A stretch of DNA of 64,000 nt from Heterodontus francisci (Eukaryota): positions 59,840,868 to 59,904,867 of the forward strand of contig NC_090401.1 in assembly GCF_036365525.1 (NCBI RefSeq), written 5' to 3'. Under the pieces are notes generated by a model, which worked only from the letters and a program-made list of their open reading frames with translations, made no database searches and had not been told where the DNA came from. Positions 63,830 to 64,000 of the stretch are shown here, piece after piece; positions within the stretch are counted from its first letter, which is position 1; each line of letters begins with the position of its first letter. A program made the position numbers and the translations under genes.

Positions 63830-64000
63830 CAAGAGCACAAGAAATAGGAGCAGTAGACCATACGGCCCATCGAGCCTGCTCCGCCGTTCAATAAGATCAT
63901 GGCTGATCTTACATTCAACTCCACTTTCCCACCCGCTCACCATATCCCTTGATTCCCTGAGAGACCAAAAATCTGTCTATCCCAGCCTTAAATGTATTCA
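63830..64000 (-). mobile_element. CR1 3' end (continues beyond the window)
   Basis: GAAATAGGAGCAGTAGACCATACGGCCCATCGAGCCTGCTCCGCC is the reverse complement of a CR1 3'UTR. Confidence 0.8.

Overview
Repeat-dense vertebrate genomic DNA, very likely from a shark or other cartilaginous fish (inferred from HE1-type V-SINEs, HER1/CR1 LINEs, SacSINE1-like DeuSINEs and Penelope remnants). The only clear host gene is a class A orphan GPCR, best called GPR3 (CDS 47978-48961, +), with an intronless CDS, a probable non-coding first exon and a CpG-rich promoter. Most of the rest is transposon-derived. There is one intact full-length CR1 LINE (about 16710-21051, -) and several truncated CR1, RTE and L2 copies. 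A deleted endogenous-retrovirus-like provirus (15013-23276) keeps paired LTRs, a tRNA-Ser primer-binding site, an integrase C-terminal remnant and a spliced env-like gene. Two solo LTRs, GC-rich TIR elements and Penelope termini with hammerhead-like cores are also present. The strongest leads are (i) a conserved T-TTA-AAC slippery heptamer at the CR1 ORF1/ORF2 junction, suggesting -1 ribosomal frameshifting; (ii) the env-retaining ERV with a double polypurine tract; and (iii) a 205-bp fold-back Penelope insertion with a variant hammerhead core. Repeat boundaries were read by eye and are approximate; no database searches were run.
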